A stretch of 64,000 nucleotides of DNA from Myxococcota bacterium. GTDB taxonomy: Bacteria > Myxococcota_A > UBA796 > SXON01. The stretch lies in NCBI GenBank assembly GCA_040386535.1, contig JAZKFH010000015.1, positions 220,800 through 284,799 on the forward strand, written 5' to 3'. A model generated the notes under the pieces. It worked only from the letters and a program-made list of their open reading frames with translations. It was not told where the DNA came from and searched no databases. The position numbers and the translations under genes were made by a program. This document shows, piece after piece, positions 26,501 to 36,615 of the stretch; positions within the stretch are counted from its first letter, which is position 1; every line of letters starts with the position of its first letter.

Positions 26501-29108
26501 TGACCTTCACCGCCGTGCCAGGGCGCGCCTCGCCTTCGGGCGTGACCCTCACGACCTGCACGGCCACGGGCTCGTTGACCTTGCCGAGGCCCGCGGGGGA
26601 GCGCACGCCGACGTAGGCGTCGGCCACGTGCACCGCGACCGTCGCGCGGTTCGAGAGCTGTTGGCGATCGGTGTCGGTGACGGTGGCCTCGACCTGGTAG
26701 GACCACGGGCGCTTCACCGCGTCCGGAGAGAGCGCCTGGACGATGGGGAAGCGGCCCTCCGCGTCGAGCGTGCCCTCGCCGCTCGAGACGCTCTCGTAGC
26801 CGGGGCGCTCGGACCAGTCCGAATAGTCGGGGATCACGTCGAAGCTGAAGTCCTCCCAGCCCTCGGGCGCGATCGTGAGCGGCTCGCGCCCGATGGACCA
26901 GGACACCTTCGCGCCCTTCATCGGTGTGCCGAACAGGTACCGGGCCTCGGCCGTCGCGCCGATGGAGCCACCGGCGAGCGCCTCGGTCGGCGCCTTGACG
27001 TCCGCGCGGAACGCGGGCGCCCGGTACGCGCGCATCGGGACGTTGATCCAGGTGCGATCCTCGCCTCGGCTCACCAGGAGCGCGTGATCGCCGACCGCGC
27101 CGTCCGCCGGGAGGGCGAGATCGAGGGCCCAGGCGCCGAAGTCGTCCGCGACGCCCTTGCCCGCGGCCACCTGCTGGCCGTTCGGGTCCTTGAACTCCCA
27201 GGTGAGCTCGCGGCGGGCGGGCACGGCCAGCCCGGCCAGCGACTCCTCGCGCAACGAGAGCTGGACGTGGGCGGTGTCCCCGGGGCGGTAGACGCCGCGA
27301 TCGGTGAAGGACGAGAAGTGCACCGGCGCCTGGTCGGCGTCGAAGCCCGACGACACGCCGTGGCTCCACCCGTCGAGCCCCTGGTCCCACTGGTGGTTGG
27401 TGATCGCCGTGTCGTCCCCGTGCTGGACGATCACCCAGAGGGGATCCTGCCAGGAGGACCAGTCGTCCGGGACGTGGTCGCCGGCGGCCACCGCGAGGCC
27501 GTCCTTGTCGGTCTGCCCGGTCCACTTGATGCTGCCGCCGCTCACGACGCGCACGATCGCGTCGGCGACCGGCTTGCCGTCGGACAGGCGCGTGACCCAC
27601 GTTGTCACGCCGTCGGGCGCGAGCTTGAGGGTGGTGCCGAGGTCGGTGACCTGGAGCAGCGCCACGGAGGGGGATGGCTCATCGTTCCAGTTGCGCACCT
27701 CGGGCGCGGTCGCCCGGACGCGGACGAGGCCGTGCCCGCCCGCGGACAAGAAGGGCGCGAGATCGACCGATCCGACCTGGATCTTGTTGACGGCGCCCGA
27801 CGGGGCGATGGGGAGCGACGTGCCGCCCGTGGCGTCGCGCCAGCGCTCCCACCGGTCGGGGGAGAGCACGAGCGAGAGCGGATCCACGGCCTCCACCCGC
27901 ACGTCGACCCCGCTGACGTTGCGGTAGCGGATCGGAAGCGTGAGCGGGTTGGAGGCCGGGTAGACCTGGAAGCCCTCCGGCGCGTCCATCAGCGCGGGGA
28001 GATCGCCGGTGGTGAACGACCAGCTGTGCCCCTTGGCGAGCTTCTGCCCGTGGGTGTCGACGATGCCCGGGTCGACCGTGACGGTGTAGGTCGTGCGCGG
28101 GGCGAAGCGGGTCCAATAGCTCCACGTGTCGCTCGTGTAGCTCTCGGCGGGCTTCCAGCCGTCCGGCGGGGTGGGCGAGACGCGGACCTTCTTGTTGACC
28201 TCCGCGGCGTCGACCTCGGTCGTGAAGTCGATGCGGAGGCCCTCGACGGGCGAGACGTTCTGCCCCTCGGGCGCCGCGGCCTCGAGGTTGAGCGGTGGGT
28301 AGGTGCGGAAGGCGACCACCTGCTCGGAGAGCATCCCGAGCGGGCCGCCGGCGCCGCGCAGCCCCTCGTCGAGCGTGAGCGTGTAGCCCATGTCCGGCAC
28401 AAGGAGCGCCCGCGCCAACACGACGTCGGGGCGGTTCTGTTTGCCCTCGCCGCGTGCGAGGCGGACCGCCACGTTCACGCCCGCGTCCGTACGGAGGTGG
28501 ACGCTGCCGGCGAGGGTGGCCGGATCGACCGGCTGGTTGAACCGCAACACGATGGGGTCGACCGGATCCCAGGCGGATTCCCCGGCGGACGGGCGGCTGC
28601 GCTCGAGCGCCGGCCGGATCGTCGAGAACGACCATTCCACCGTGCTCTCGAGGTCCGTCCCGTCCACCGCGGACGTGCCCGACGGGACCTTGCACGTGTA
28701 CGCGGTACCGGTCTGGAACCGGTTGCCCTCGGGGACGAGCACCGCGGTGGACGTGCCGGCCCAGCGCAGGCGCCCGGCGATCTCGGGGGTACACCGGATC
28801 GGCACGGCGCCGCTCGTCGCGTCAATCGCGTCGAGCGCCACCATCGGCCGGTCGAACACCACGGCGACCTGCGACGGATCGACCTCTTCTCCCTGGGGGG
28901 CGACGCCGAGGATCCCGAGCCCGCTGCCGGTGGCGACGGGGGGCGGCTGCAGCTCGCCGGGGCGCAGGGGCGGCACGTCGGGCGCCGCGTCGACCGTGGC
29001 GAGTGTGAGCGTGGTTCCCGGGGAGTCGAGCACCGACGCACGGAGGGACGAGAGCTCGTCCTTCGCGAAGAAGGAGCAGCCCGGGAGGATCAACAAGGAG
29101 AGGAGCAT
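23502..29108 (-). CDS. Bacterial alpha-2-macroglobulin family lipoprotein with N-terminal Ig-like domains
   Basis: Lipobox LPGC, 'FTDRGVYRPGD', 'LWAVD.GVLSLT', 'LPDNLTTF', thioester motif YPHGCLEQ, C-terminal 'RATTPGDY..P.ATVEQMYAP'. Confidence 0.95.
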   Translation of the reverse strand: MLLSLLILPGCSFFAKDELSSLRASVLDSPGTTLTLATVDAAPDVPPLRPGELQPPPVATGSGLGILGVAPQGEEVDPSQVAVVFDRPMVALDAIDATSGAVPIRCTPEIAGRLRWAGTSTAVLVPEGNRFQTGTAYTCKVPSGTSAVDGTDLESTVEWSFSTIRPALERSRPSAGESAWDPVDPIVLRFNQPVDPATLAGSVHLRTDAGVNVAVRLARGEGKQNRPDVVLARALLVPDMGYTLTLDEGLRGAGGPLGMLSEQVVAFRTYPPLNLEAAAPEGQNVSPVEGLRIDFTTEVDAAEVNKKVRVSPTPPDGWKPAESYTSDTWSYWTRFAPRTTYTVTVDPGIVDTHGQKLAKGHSWSFTTGDLPALMDAPEGFQVYPASNPLTLPIRYRNVSGVDVRVEAVDPLSLVLSPDRWERWRDATGGTSLPIAPSGAVNKIQVGSVDLAPFLSAGGHGLVRVRATAPEVRNWNDEPSPSVALLQVTDLGTTLKLAPDGVTTWVTRLSDGKPVADAIVRVVSGGSIKWTGQTDKDGLAVAAGDHVPDDWSSWQDPLWVIVQHGDDTAITNHQWDQGLDGWSHGVSSGFDADQAPVHFSSFTDRGVYRPGDTAHVQLSLREESLAGLAVPARRELTWEFKDPNGQQVAAGKGVADDFGAWALDLALPADGAVGDHALLVSRGEDRTWINVPMRAYRAPAFRADVKAPTEALAGGSIGATAEARYLFGTPMKGAKVSWSIGREPLTIAPEGWEDFSFDVIPDYSDWSERPGYESVSSGEGTLDAEGRFPIVQALSPDAVKRPWSYQVEATVTDTDRQQLSNRATVAVHVADAYVGVRSPAGLGKVNEPVAVQVVRVTPEGEARPGTAVKVTAARRTWDVVREKAMDGTWRWVNTAKDEPVGAGTVTTAAQAASWSFTPKDGGYYVIRAEAGGGKPGTTVAETGVYVLGGEVSWARSDTRTLELVADKRSYAPGDIAKVLVKAPKPGMQALVTVERQGIWSRRVITLKTTAEAIEIPITAAMMPNAFVTVLAVEGAPPANAPDAGKPGIWYGVAPLTVEASGQKIAVALTTDREAYQPQDTVRIHLEAQRDGQALANARVTLWAVDYGVLSLTAYETPDQHGEFYQAQPLGVLTADNRISVYDRAHYLAKGAEAGGGGGTSDADVRRKFETTPLWQPNLRTNKSGVLDHTFVLPDNLTTFKIMAVVDDGKAAFGSGEQEVRVNRPLIARPALPRFFRQGDRAFAGVVVHNNTSAPVEVVVNATVTGAKLAGAPRTVTVVADGALEVPFALTDFDGPAVKLRFDASGGANKDAVEITVPVSSPLPQEVVASSGSTTDTAKEAVAVPKGAVPQAGGLTVNVSASALVGMGSSVDYLLEYPHGCLEQVGSRTRVALLARTLGPKAGMTTPPEKLDEYVRVGLAKMESFRTASGGFGYWPGDDATGPASAYALEILTEAKAAGHPVDDANLERLAVFVREFLGGSHVPRWWSPEMTRTAQARAALAMARAGRGDAGFNARLWDDRAGLPQFGKAELLETLARTTGDDTRTRGLTQELEAALKIESTSAALIDRDTDRWSALWYGDDLGTSALVRAWMQAAPTHPMLGRLVHHLVDARKQGRWANTYTTAAALQALRDYTARYETGPVTARVTLAGQPLVEKPLGEGGQASAFLPMLGLKPGELAFTGSGGRLYYESRLAYALPSLPPRDEGFTLTRTYEVLEGSGSGAQVSPGAVVRVTLRAVTPVDRYNVALVDWLPAGLEPIDTTFATSVRAMGESDTGGGWNPVDTGIYAEDTHEWTSSWVFNRRELRDDRVALYADHMPAGIHVQTYLARATTPGDYAHPAATVEQMYAPDTFGRTEAGRFVVGFPVASR

Positions 29109-29260
29109 GTACCCGCCGTTCGCCCGGCACGTTGCACGGCGCGTGCCGCCCTGTATTCCACCGGCCAACCCCGAGGCGGACAGAATCTGACCGATCGGGC
29201 GTTGCCGACGAATCGCGGATTGGTGGAATCGATGCCACCGATGATAGCGAGGCGTCCGAG

Positions 29261-29965
29261 ATGCTCTCCGCCGTCATCATCGCCCGGGACGAGGCCGACC
29301 GGATCGAGGACGCCATCCGTTCGGTGGCCTTCGCCGACGAGTGTGTCGTCCTCGACTCGGGCAGCACCGACGACACGGTGGCGCGTGCGCGGGCGCTGGG
29401 GGCGCGCGTGATCCAGACCGATTGGCCGGGGCACGTGGCGCAGAAGAACCGGGCCCTCGCGGAGGCCCGGGGTGACTGGATCCTCGCCCTCGACGCCGAC
29501 GAACGCGTGACCGACACGCTCCGGGCCGCGATTGTGGCCGCCCTCAGCGCCCCCGCCGCCGATGGCTTCCGCGTGGCGCGCCGCAACCACTGGCTCGGGC
29601 ATCGTCTCGCCCACGGCTCGTGGTACCCGGACCGGCGGATCCGTCTCGCCCGCCGGGAACGCGCGCGCTGGGGCGGCGAGGATCCCCACGACGTGCTGAT
29701 CGTCGCGGGCACCGTCCTCGATCTCGACGGGGACCTGGACCATCACCCCTACCGTTCGCTCGCGGAGCACCTCGCCACGATCGACCGCTACAGCACGATC
29801 GCGGCCCGGCGCGGATCCTGGCTGGACATCCTGGTCCGCCCGCCGTGGAGCTTCGTCCGCGCCTACGTCGTGCGCCGCGGGTTTCTCGACGGCGTGCCGG
29901 GCCTCGTCGTCGCCGCGCTGGGCGCCGTCTACACGCTGCTCAAGTGGGCGCGGGTGCGGCTGTGA
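29261..29965 (+). CDS. Glycosyltransferase family 2 (LPS-core WaaE-like)
   Basis: 'LSAVIIARDEA..I..AI.SV.FADE.VVLDSGSTDDT', 'QKNRA', 'WILALDADE', 'WYPD..IRL', 'GFLDG..GL'. Confidence 0.92.
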   Translation: MLSAVIIARDEADRIEDAIRSVAFADECVVLDSGSTDDTVARARALGARVIQTDWPGHVAQKNRALAEARGDWILALDADERVTDTLRAAIVAALSAPAADGFRVARRNHWLGHRLAHGSWYPDRRIRLARRERARWGGEDPHDVLIVAGTVLDLDGDLDHHPYRSLAEHLATIDRYSTIAARRGSWLDILVRPPWSFVRAYVVRRGFLDGVPGLVVAALGAVYTLLKWARVRL

Positions 29966-29981
29966 GCCCGGGCGGCACCAC

Positions 29982-31004
29982 GTGAAGGTCGCGCTCGTTC
30001 ATCGGCGCTTCACGACGCATGGCGGCACCGAGCGGTACCTCGTGGGGTTCGCGCGGTGGCTGGTGGCGCAGGGTCACGACGTGCACGTGCTCTGCAACGA
30101 GGTGCGGCCCGACCTGCGCGCCGAGCCCGGCGTCCGGTTCGTGCACCTGCCCATGCTCCGCCCGGCGAAGCTCCTGTCGTTGTGGGCCTCCGCGTCCCGG
30201 GCAGTGCGCGCCGCCCGTTACGACGCGGTCATGGGCTTCGGGCGCACGCCGGGTCACCAGCTCTTCCGTGCCGGCGGCGGGTCCCATGTGGACGCGTTGC
30301 GACGGATGCACCCACTCCGGCGGTGGATCTCGCCGGTCGACTGGGTGGAGATGCGGATGGACCGCGCCGCCGTCCGCACCGCGCGCATCTGCATCGCCAA
30401 CTCGGCGCTGGGCGCCCGCGGGTTGACGGAGGACTACGGCGCCGAGCGGGTGGAGGTCGTCTACAACGGCGTCGATCTCGACAGGTTCCGTCCCGATGCG
30501 GGCGTGCGCGCGGCCCTCCGGTCGGAACTCGGCGTCCAGGGACCGACGGCGTTGTTCCTGGGGACCGGCTTCCAACGCAAGGGCCTCGACGTCGCGATCG
30601 AGGCGCTTCCGCCGGGGTGGACGTTGTGGGTGGCCGGGAAGGATCGGCCCTGGAAGGCGCCCGCGTGCGTACGTTTCCTCGGCCCGTGGTCCGATCCGGA
30701 ACGATTGTTGCAGGCAGCCGACGTCATGATCCTCCCGACCCGCTACGACCCCTTCGCCAACGCGTGCCTCGAAGCGCTGGCCTCGGGCATTCCTGCGCTC
30801 ACGACGCCGGGCAACGGGGCGGCCGAGGTCCTGCCGTTCCCGTGGATGGTGAGCACCGATGCCGCCGGCTTCCGGGCGGGGCTCGCCGCCGCCGAAGCCG
30901 GAGGCCGCGATCTGCGCGATCTCTGCCGCGCCACGGCCGAGCGGTTCACGACGGACACCAGCTACACGCGCGCGTTCGCGCTGCTCCAGGAGGCGTCCCG
31001 ATGA
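29982..31004 (+). CDS. Glycosyltransferase family 4 (WaaG-like)
   Basis: 'GGTERY', 'VVYNGVD', 'FQRKGL', '[19 protein letters not shown]'. Confidence 0.92.
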   Translation: MKVALVHRRFTTHGGTERYLVGFARWLVAQGHDVHVLCNEVRPDLRAEPGVRFVHLPMLRPAKLLSLWASASRAVRAARYDAVMGFGRTPGHQLFRAGGGSHVDALRRMHPLRRWISPVDWVEMRMDRAAVRTARICIANSALGARGLTEDYGAERVEVVYNGVDLDRFRPDAGVRAALRSELGVQGPTALFLGTGFQRKGLDVAIEALPPGWTLWVAGKDRPWKAPACVRFLGPWSDPERLLQAADVMILPTRYDPFANACLEALASGIPALTTPGNGAAEVLPFPWMVSTDAAGFRAGLAAAEAGGRDLRDLCRATAERFTTDTSYTRAFALLQEASR

Positions 31005-34000
31005 GCCCACTCATGAAGCGGCTCGCCCTCGGCGGCGCGCTCGCCGTCGGCGCGGTGTCCTGCGCGGGCGGCTGGGGCTACCAGGAGCACGTGGTCGCGG
31101 ATCCGGGCCCGGAGTTCACGCGGGAGGCCATCCAGGCGATCATCGCGCAGGAGTCGCCCGTCTACTACCGTGACGGCGCGACGCGGATCGGCGTCTTCTT
31201 CGATCTCGAGCACCGCGCCTACGTGCCCTTCGCGGAGATCCCCAAGGCCTACGTGAACGCCATCGTGGCGTCGGAGGACGGGGACTTCTGGAACCACGAG
31301 GGCGTGAGCCCGAAACACATCGTCCGGGCGATGTGGCACAACGCCAAGGCCGGGAGCGTGGTGGCCGGCGGCTCGACGCTCACCCAACAGACCGCGAAGA
31401 ACCTGTTCTACCGGCCGGACCGCAGCTTGCGGAGCAAGTGGGGCGAGCTCGTCAACGCGCTCCGGCTCGAGTCGCACTTCTCGAAGGAGGACATCCTCGA
31501 GTTCTACGCGAACCAGTTCCACGTCTCGGCCAACGGGCGCGGGCTGGGGATCGCGGCGCGGTACTTCTTCGACAAGGAGGTGGCGGACCTCTCTGTCAAG
31601 CAGTGCGCGTTCATCGCCGGGCTCGTGAAGGCTCCCTCGCGCTACAACCCCTTCGTCGGGGCCACGGAGGAGCGGCGCCAGGCCGCGCGGGAGGCCGCCG
31701 AGGTGCGCACGGCCTACGTCCTGCGCCGGATGGAGGAGGACGGCTACCTGACCGCCGGGGAGCGCGACGCGCTGGTCGCCGAGCCCCTCGTGTTCCGCCG
31801 CGGCACGTTCCAGTACGACCGCTCCGTGCTCCTCGACGAGGTGCAGCGGCGCCTCGAGGAGCCCGCGTTCATCGAGCTGTTCGAGCGTCTCGAGATCGAC
31901 AACCCGTCCACGGCGGGCATCCAGATCATCACGACGGTCGACGCCACGGTGCAGCGCGAGGCGACCTGGGGGCTCTGGCACCACCTCACCGAGATCGGCC
32001 CCATCCTCGAGAAGACCGGCGCGAGCGCGCTGCGCCTGCCCGACAAGACCCCCGTCCCGCACGATCCCGACGCGGCATTGCTGGTGCACGGCTTCTATGC
32101 GGCGCGGGTCGCCAGCGTCGTGACCGACACCCTGTCGCTCGACGTGGGGGGGCACCCGTGCACGGTCGACAAGGCCGGTGTGGACCGGATCGCGTCCGTG
32201 CTGACGCGCGCCCGCACGGGAAGCGCGACGGCGAAGGCCGACGACACCGCCCGCACCGCACTCGTCGAGGCGCTCCCCGTCGGCGCGATCGTGCTCGCCA
32301 GCGTGCGCGAGGCGGGGTTCTGCGATCTGGAGCTCCGGCCGCGCCTCCAGGGCGCCGCGGTCGTCCTCGAAGACGGCCAGGTGCGCGCGCTCGTCGGCGG
32401 CAACGACAACCGCAACTTCAACCGCGCCTCGTCCGCCCAGCGCCAGTTCGGGAGCACGTGGAAGCCGGTGGTGTACCTCGCGGCGCTCCAGCTCGGCTGG
32501 CTGCCGACGGACGTGCTCGACAACCGCCGCTCCGTCTTTCCCTTCCGCGACGTGTGGTACTACCCGCGCCCCGACCACCCGAGCGACGCGTTCGTGACGA
32601 TGTCGATGGCCGGCGCGCGCTCGGAGAACCTCTCCAGCGTATGGCTCCTCGCGCACATCACCGATCCGCTCAACGCCGAGCAGGTGCGCCGCCTCGCGGG
32701 CCTCGTGGGCCTGGCGAAGCGGCCGGACGAGTCGGACGAGGCGTTCCGCGTCCGCATGCGGGATGAAGAGGGGCTCCGCTCCTCGCCCGAGCGCTTCGAG
32801 GAGCTCGCGTTCTCCGCCGCGCGGCGCGACGTGCTCTCCGGCCTCGCGTTCGGCCCCCACCCGGAGGACGCCGCCCCGCTCCGCTCGCTCCACCATGGCT
32901 ACGGCTTCGCGGCCGAACGCGCCCGGGTCGCCCGCACCGCGGCGTCTCCCGAGCGGAGCGCGCGGCTCGCCACGTTGCAGGACAACTTCCTCGCGCTCGA
33001 GGAGGCCGTCGAGGACTGCCTGTCCGAGGTCGGCGCCGTCGGCCGCGATCCGGTCTCCGGCGCGTTGGCGTGTGGCGACGCGCCCGACGGGTGGGAGATG
33101 GTCGTCGAGCCCCTCGACGCCGACGCCGACTTCCTCGTCGAGGGCCGGGTGCACCGGTCGACGCTGCGGGATCTGCGAGCCGCCGTGGACCGCCATGTCG
33201 CGACGTTCTCGGGGCGCGACCCGTGGGACCCGGAGGTGCTCGCGTCGCATCCCGACTACCGCACGCTCGTCGGGATCCGGTACGTCACGCGGATGGTCGC
33301 CGCGCTCGGCGTAGACGCCGACCTGCCCGACGTCCTCTCGCTCCCGCTCGGCGCGGCCGACCTCACGTTGACCGACGCCGCGGCGCTCTACCAGGGCATG
33401 CTCCGCGGCGAGCGCTGGTCGTTCGTGGGCCAGGGCTACGACGAGGGGGCCGTGCCGGGCTTGCGGTCGTCGTTCGACCTGCCGGCGTCCCCGCCCGCGG
33501 CCGCGCTCGTGGCCGAGATCCGCGACGCCGCGGGCAACGTGCTCTACCGCGCCCTCCCGAAGGCGGAGCGCGTGATCGACGCCCGCAGCGGCGAGCTGAC
33601 GGGCGACATCCTCCGCAACGTCGTGCGGGTCGGCACGGGCCGGCGCGCGGCGGACGCGGTGCGGGTGAACGACCTCGCGGTGCCGCTCGCGGGGAAGACC
33701 GGCACGACCAACGACTACCGCAACGCCGCGTTCCTCGGGTTCGCGCCGCGCGCCCGGAACGGCGGATACGCCTGGGGGGACGGCTACACCGTCGCGACCT
33801 ACGTCGGCTACGACGACAACACTTCGATGCGACGCGGCAGCTTCAAGGTGCAAGGCGCCAACGGCGCGCTCCCGGTGTGGCTCGCGACCGTGCGGGGCCT
33901 CGAGCAGACCGGCATGTTGGGCGGCGCCGGCGGCACCGAGTACCTGCCGTCCGACGGGCTCGTGCGGGTCCCGGTCGAGGCCGGCACCGGGCTCGCGCGC

Positions 34001-34225
34001 GCGCCCGGCGACGGCCCCACGACGCTGGTGACGTCGGGGTCCGAGCGGCGCTTCGCCCCCTTCACGGAGTCGCCCTCGGTGGCGGACGCGGTCGCCGGCG
34101 GGAGCACGCCGCCTCCGCCCTCGGCGGACGGGCCGGGCCTCGATCTGTTGCCGGGGGATCTGGAGGAGGGGACCGAGCCCGCGAACCCCGGCACGACGGA
34201 GCGGAGCGTATGGGACGGCCTGTGA
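31001..34225 (+). CDS. Class A penicillin-binding protein (PBP1A family) with large insertions
   Basis: TG motifs ([33 protein letters not shown]) and TP motifs (GSTWKP, SEN, GKTGT). ATG 31001 overlaps the GT4 stop. Confidence 0.9.
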   Translation: MSPLMKRLALGGALAVGAVSCAGGWGYQEHVVADPGPEFTREAIQAIIAQESPVYYRDGATRIGVFFDLEHRAYVPFAEIPKAYVNAIVASEDGDFWNHEGVSPKHIVRAMWHNAKAGSVVAGGSTLTQQTAKNLFYRPDRSLRSKWGELVNALRLESHFSKEDILEFYANQFHVSANGRGLGIAARYFFDKEVADLSVKQCAFIAGLVKAPSRYNPFVGATEERRQAAREAAEVRTAYVLRRMEEDGYLTAGERDALVAEPLVFRRGTFQYDRSVLLDEVQRRLEEPAFIELFERLEIDNPSTAGIQIITTVDATVQREATWGLWHHLTEIGPILEKTGASALRLPDKTPVPHDPDAALLVHGFYAARVASVVTDTLSLDVGGHPCTVDKAGVDRIASVLTRARTGSATAKADDTARTALVEALPVGAIVLASVREAGFCDLELRPRLQGAAVVLEDGQVRALVGGNDNRNFNRASSAQRQFGSTWKPVVYLAALQLGWLPTDVLDNRRSVFPFRDVWYYPRPDHPSDAFVTMSMAGARSENLSSVWLLAHITDPLNAEQVRRLAGLVGLAKRPDESDEAFRVRMRDEEGLRSSPERFEELAFSAARRDVLSGLAFGPHPEDAAPLRSLHHGYGFAAERARVARTAASPERSARLATLQDNFLALEEAVEDCLSEVGAVGRDPVSGALACGDAPDGWEMVVEPLDADADFLVEGRVHRSTLRDLRAAVDRHVATFSGRDPWDPEVLASHPDYRTLVGIRYVTRMVAALGVDADLPDVLSLPLGAADLTLTDAAALYQGMLRGERWSFVGQGYDEGAVPGLRSSFDLPASPPAAALVAEIRDAAGNVLYRALPKAERVIDARSGELTGDILRNVVRVGTGRRAADAVRVNDLAVPLAGKTGTTNDYRNAAFLGFAPRARNGGYAWGDGYTVATYVGYDDNTSMRRGSFKVQGANGALPVWLATVRGLEQTGMLGGAGGTEYLPSDGLVRVPVEAGTGLARAPGDGPTTLVTSGSERRFAPFTESPSVADAVAGGSTPPPPSADGPGLDLLPGDLEEGTEPANPGTTERSVWDGL

Positions 34226-34243
34226 CGCGATAGGAGGTAGGCC

Positions 34244-35002
34244 ATGTCGATTCTGTACTGGATCCCGTTGATGATCGGATGCGCGGCCGTGCCGACCCCG
34301 GCGCCCGTCGCCGGTGGGGACGGGACCGTGCTCGCCACCTCCGCCGGCCCTCCCGCGGTCAGCTTCGTCCCGCTCGAGGAGCGCGTGAACGTGCTGGTCG
34401 CCGAGGCGCAGGACACCGATCGCCGCGACCGACTGATGGCCGCGCGCGAGCTGATGCAGACCATGCGCAACAAGGACGCGATCGCCCAGCGCAAGGTCTA
34501 CGACTACCTCGACGCCGTGCTCAAGATCGAGGAGCGCGCGCGCCCCGCGTCCATGGGCATGGAGCCCATCGGCGTGCCCATCGAGGAGGAGACCCTCGGG
34601 ACCCCGAACCCGCCGCTCCCGGGCGTGCAGCCGCCCCTCCCGCCGCTGACGCCGCCGGTAGATCCGGCGCCCACCGTCGCGACCGCGCGCGCCGCCCTGG
34701 CCGAGGCCCGCTACCTCGACGCCGTCTCCCTGCTCCAAGGCGTCACGACGCCCGAGGCCTCCACGCTCCGCAAGGAGGCGGTCGACGGCTGGGCGCGCAC
34801 GGAGCGCGAGCGCGCCGGGCACATGTTCCTCGAGGCCCGGCAGCTGGCGCCCGGCGGCGAGCGGATCGCGTCCCTGCGCGCGGCCCGGAGCGCCCTGGCG
34901 GCCATCAACGAGCGCTTCCCGGACAACATGTACGCCGCGCAGATCGCCGAGAACATCGCCAAGGTCGACGCCGACCTTGCCGCCGTCGGAGCACGCCCGT
35001 GA
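34244..35002 (+). CDS. Hypothetical helical lipoprotein
   Basis: AGGAGG RBS, lipobox MIGC, Pro-rich linker, TPR-like C-terminal helices. Coupled to ispA. Confidence 0.7.
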   Translation: MSILYWIPLMIGCAAVPTPAPVAGGDGTVLATSAGPPAVSFVPLEERVNVLVAEAQDTDRRDRLMAARELMQTMRNKDAIAQRKVYDYLDAVLKIEERARPASMGMEPIGVPIEEETLGTPNPPLPGVQPPLPPLTPPVDPAPTVATARAALAEARYLDAVSLLQGVTTPEASTLRKEAVDGWARTERERAGHMFLEARQLAPGGERIASLRAARSALAAINERFPDNMYAAQIAENIAKVDADLAAVGARP

Positions 35003-35838
35003 ACGACATCCTCGCCGAGTGGGCCGCCCCGCGCCTCGCCGTCTTCGAGGCGGCGCTCCTGCGCACGTTCTCCGACGCCCTGCCCGCGACGCTGCGCGAG
35101 GCCTGCCTCTACCCGCTCCAGACCGGCGGCAAGCGCGTGCGCCCGCTGCTGGCGCTCGCGGCCTGCGAGGCCGTCGGGGGAGACTGGCAAGCCGCGGTCC
35201 CGGCAGCCGTCGCCGTGGAGCTGCTCCACACCTACTCGCTCGTACACGACGATCTGCCGTGTATGGACGACGACGATGTCCGGCGGGGCCGGCCCACGGT
35301 GCACGTGGTCTACGGCGAGAACGTGGCCGTGCTCGTCGGGGACGCGCTGTTGACCGAGGCCTTCACCGTGCTCGGGAGCGCCGGGTACGCGCCCGCGCTG
35401 GGGATGCGGCTGGTCTGCGAGCTCGCGCGCGCGGGCGGCGCCGGCGGGATGATCGCGGGCCAGGCCTTCGACATCGGGATGGACGGGCCGGTGCGTGAGC
35501 TGGAGCCCCTTCTCCGGCTGCATCGCAACAAGACCGGCGCGTTGATCCGCTGCGCGGTGCGTATGGGCGGGCTCTGCGGCGGCGCGACCCACCTGGACGC
35601 GCTCGATGCCTACGGGGACGCCGTGGGCCTCGCGTTCCAGGTGCACGACGACGTGCTCGACGCCGACCAGGACGCCGACGATGGAGGTCCGCCGAGCTTC
35701 GTGAAGCTGCTCGGCGTCGAGGCGACCCGGCAGGCGGCCGTCGCCCACGCGGATCGGGCGGCGACCGTCATCGCCGGGCTCGCGCAGGCCGACGCGTTGC
35801 GTGGCCTCGCCCGGTTCACGGTCGAGCGGTCCATCTGA
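34999..35838 (+). CDS. ispA: Polyprenyl (farnesyl/geranylgeranyl) diphosphate synthase
   Basis: [53 protein letters not shown]. Confidence 0.9.
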   Translation: MNDILAEWAAPRLAVFEAALLRTFSDALPATLREACLYPLQTGGKRVRPLLALAACEAVGGDWQAAVPAAVAVELLHTYSLVHDDLPCMDDDDVRRGRPTVHVVYGENVAVLVGDALLTEAFTVLGSAGYAPALGMRLVCELARAGGAGGMIAGQAFDIGMDGPVRELEPLLRLHRNKTGALIRCAVRMGGLCGGATHLDALDAYGDAVGLAFQVHDDVLDADQDADDGGPPSFVKLLGVEATRQAAVAHADRAATVIAGLAQADALRGLARFTVERSI

Positions 35839-35840
35839 AC

Positions 35841-36593
35841 GTGCCGCCGTCGCGACGAGAGCGCCTCGACGACGCGCTGGTGTCGCGCGGCCTCGCGGAG
35901 ACCCAGCAACGCGCCCGGGGCCTCGTGGCCGCCGGCGAGGTGCTCGTCGACGAGGTGCCGTGCGACAAGCCGGCCGCGCCGGTGCGCCCCGACCAGGCGG
36001 TCCGCCTGCGTTCGGCCCCCCTCCGCTACGTCTCGCGCGGGGGGCTCAAGCTCGAAGCGGCCTTCGACACCTGGCCCGTCGATCCGACCGGTCGCGCGTG
36101 TGTCGACCTCGGCGCCTCCACTGGTGGCTTCACCGACTGCCTGCTCCAACGTGGCGCGGCGCGGGTGTACGCGGTCGACGTGGGGTACGGCCAGCTCGCA
36201 TGGAAGCTGCGCCAGGACCCGCGTGTCGTCGTGATGGAGCGGACGAACGCACGGCGCATCGACAGCTTTCCCGAGCCCATCTCCCTGCTCGTCGGGGACC
36301 TCTCGTTCATCTCCCTCACCCTCGTGCTCCCGACGATCCGCCGGCTCGTGGCGCCGACCGGCGAGGCCGTCCTGCTCGTGAAGCCGCAGTTCGAGGTCGC
36401 CGCCTCGGCCATCGGCAAGGGGGGCCTCGTGGAGGACGAGGACGCGATCGTGGCGGCGTTGGCGGCGGTGTCGGCGGCGGCAGAACGTTGCGATTTCAAG
36501 GTGCTGGCCACGCTGGAGAGCCCCGTGCCCGGCGCCAAGGCGGGCAACCGCGAATGGCTGCTCTGGCTGGGCGCGCCGGCCGTGGTATCGTGA
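35841..36593 (+). CDS. tlyA: TlyA family rRNA 2'-O-methyltransferase (S4 + FtsJ-like)
   Basis: RLD..LV.RGL, YVSRGGLKL, DLGASTGGFTDCLLQRGA..VYAVDVGYGQL, DLSFISL, LVKPQFE, GNRE. Confidence 0.96.
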   Translation: MPPSRRERLDDALVSRGLAETQQRARGLVAAGEVLVDEVPCDKPAAPVRPDQAVRLRSAPLRYVSRGGLKLEAAFDTWPVDPTGRACVDLGASTGGFTDCLLQRGAARVYAVDVGYGQLAWKLRQDPRVVVMERTNARRIDSFPEPISLLVGDLSFISLTLVLPTIRRLVAPTGEAVLLVKPQFEVAASAIGKGGLVEDEDAIVAALAAVSAAAERCDFKVLATLESPVPGAKAGNREWLLWLGAPAVVS

Positions 36594-36615
36594 CCGCCGC
36601 TTCGAGGCGCCGCCC

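Noticed and set aside
30056..31000. Apparent long N-terminal extensions or fusions (PBP1A; also ispA, the TBDR, the S41 protease and larB)
   Set aside because: The extensions overlap neighbouring real genes in another frame or strand. Better internal starts with RBS or stop/start coupling exist.
35841..36593. tlyA as a haemolysin or virulence factor
   Set aside because: Housekeeping context and motifs fit an rRNA methyltransferase. Nothing in the sequence supports toxin function.
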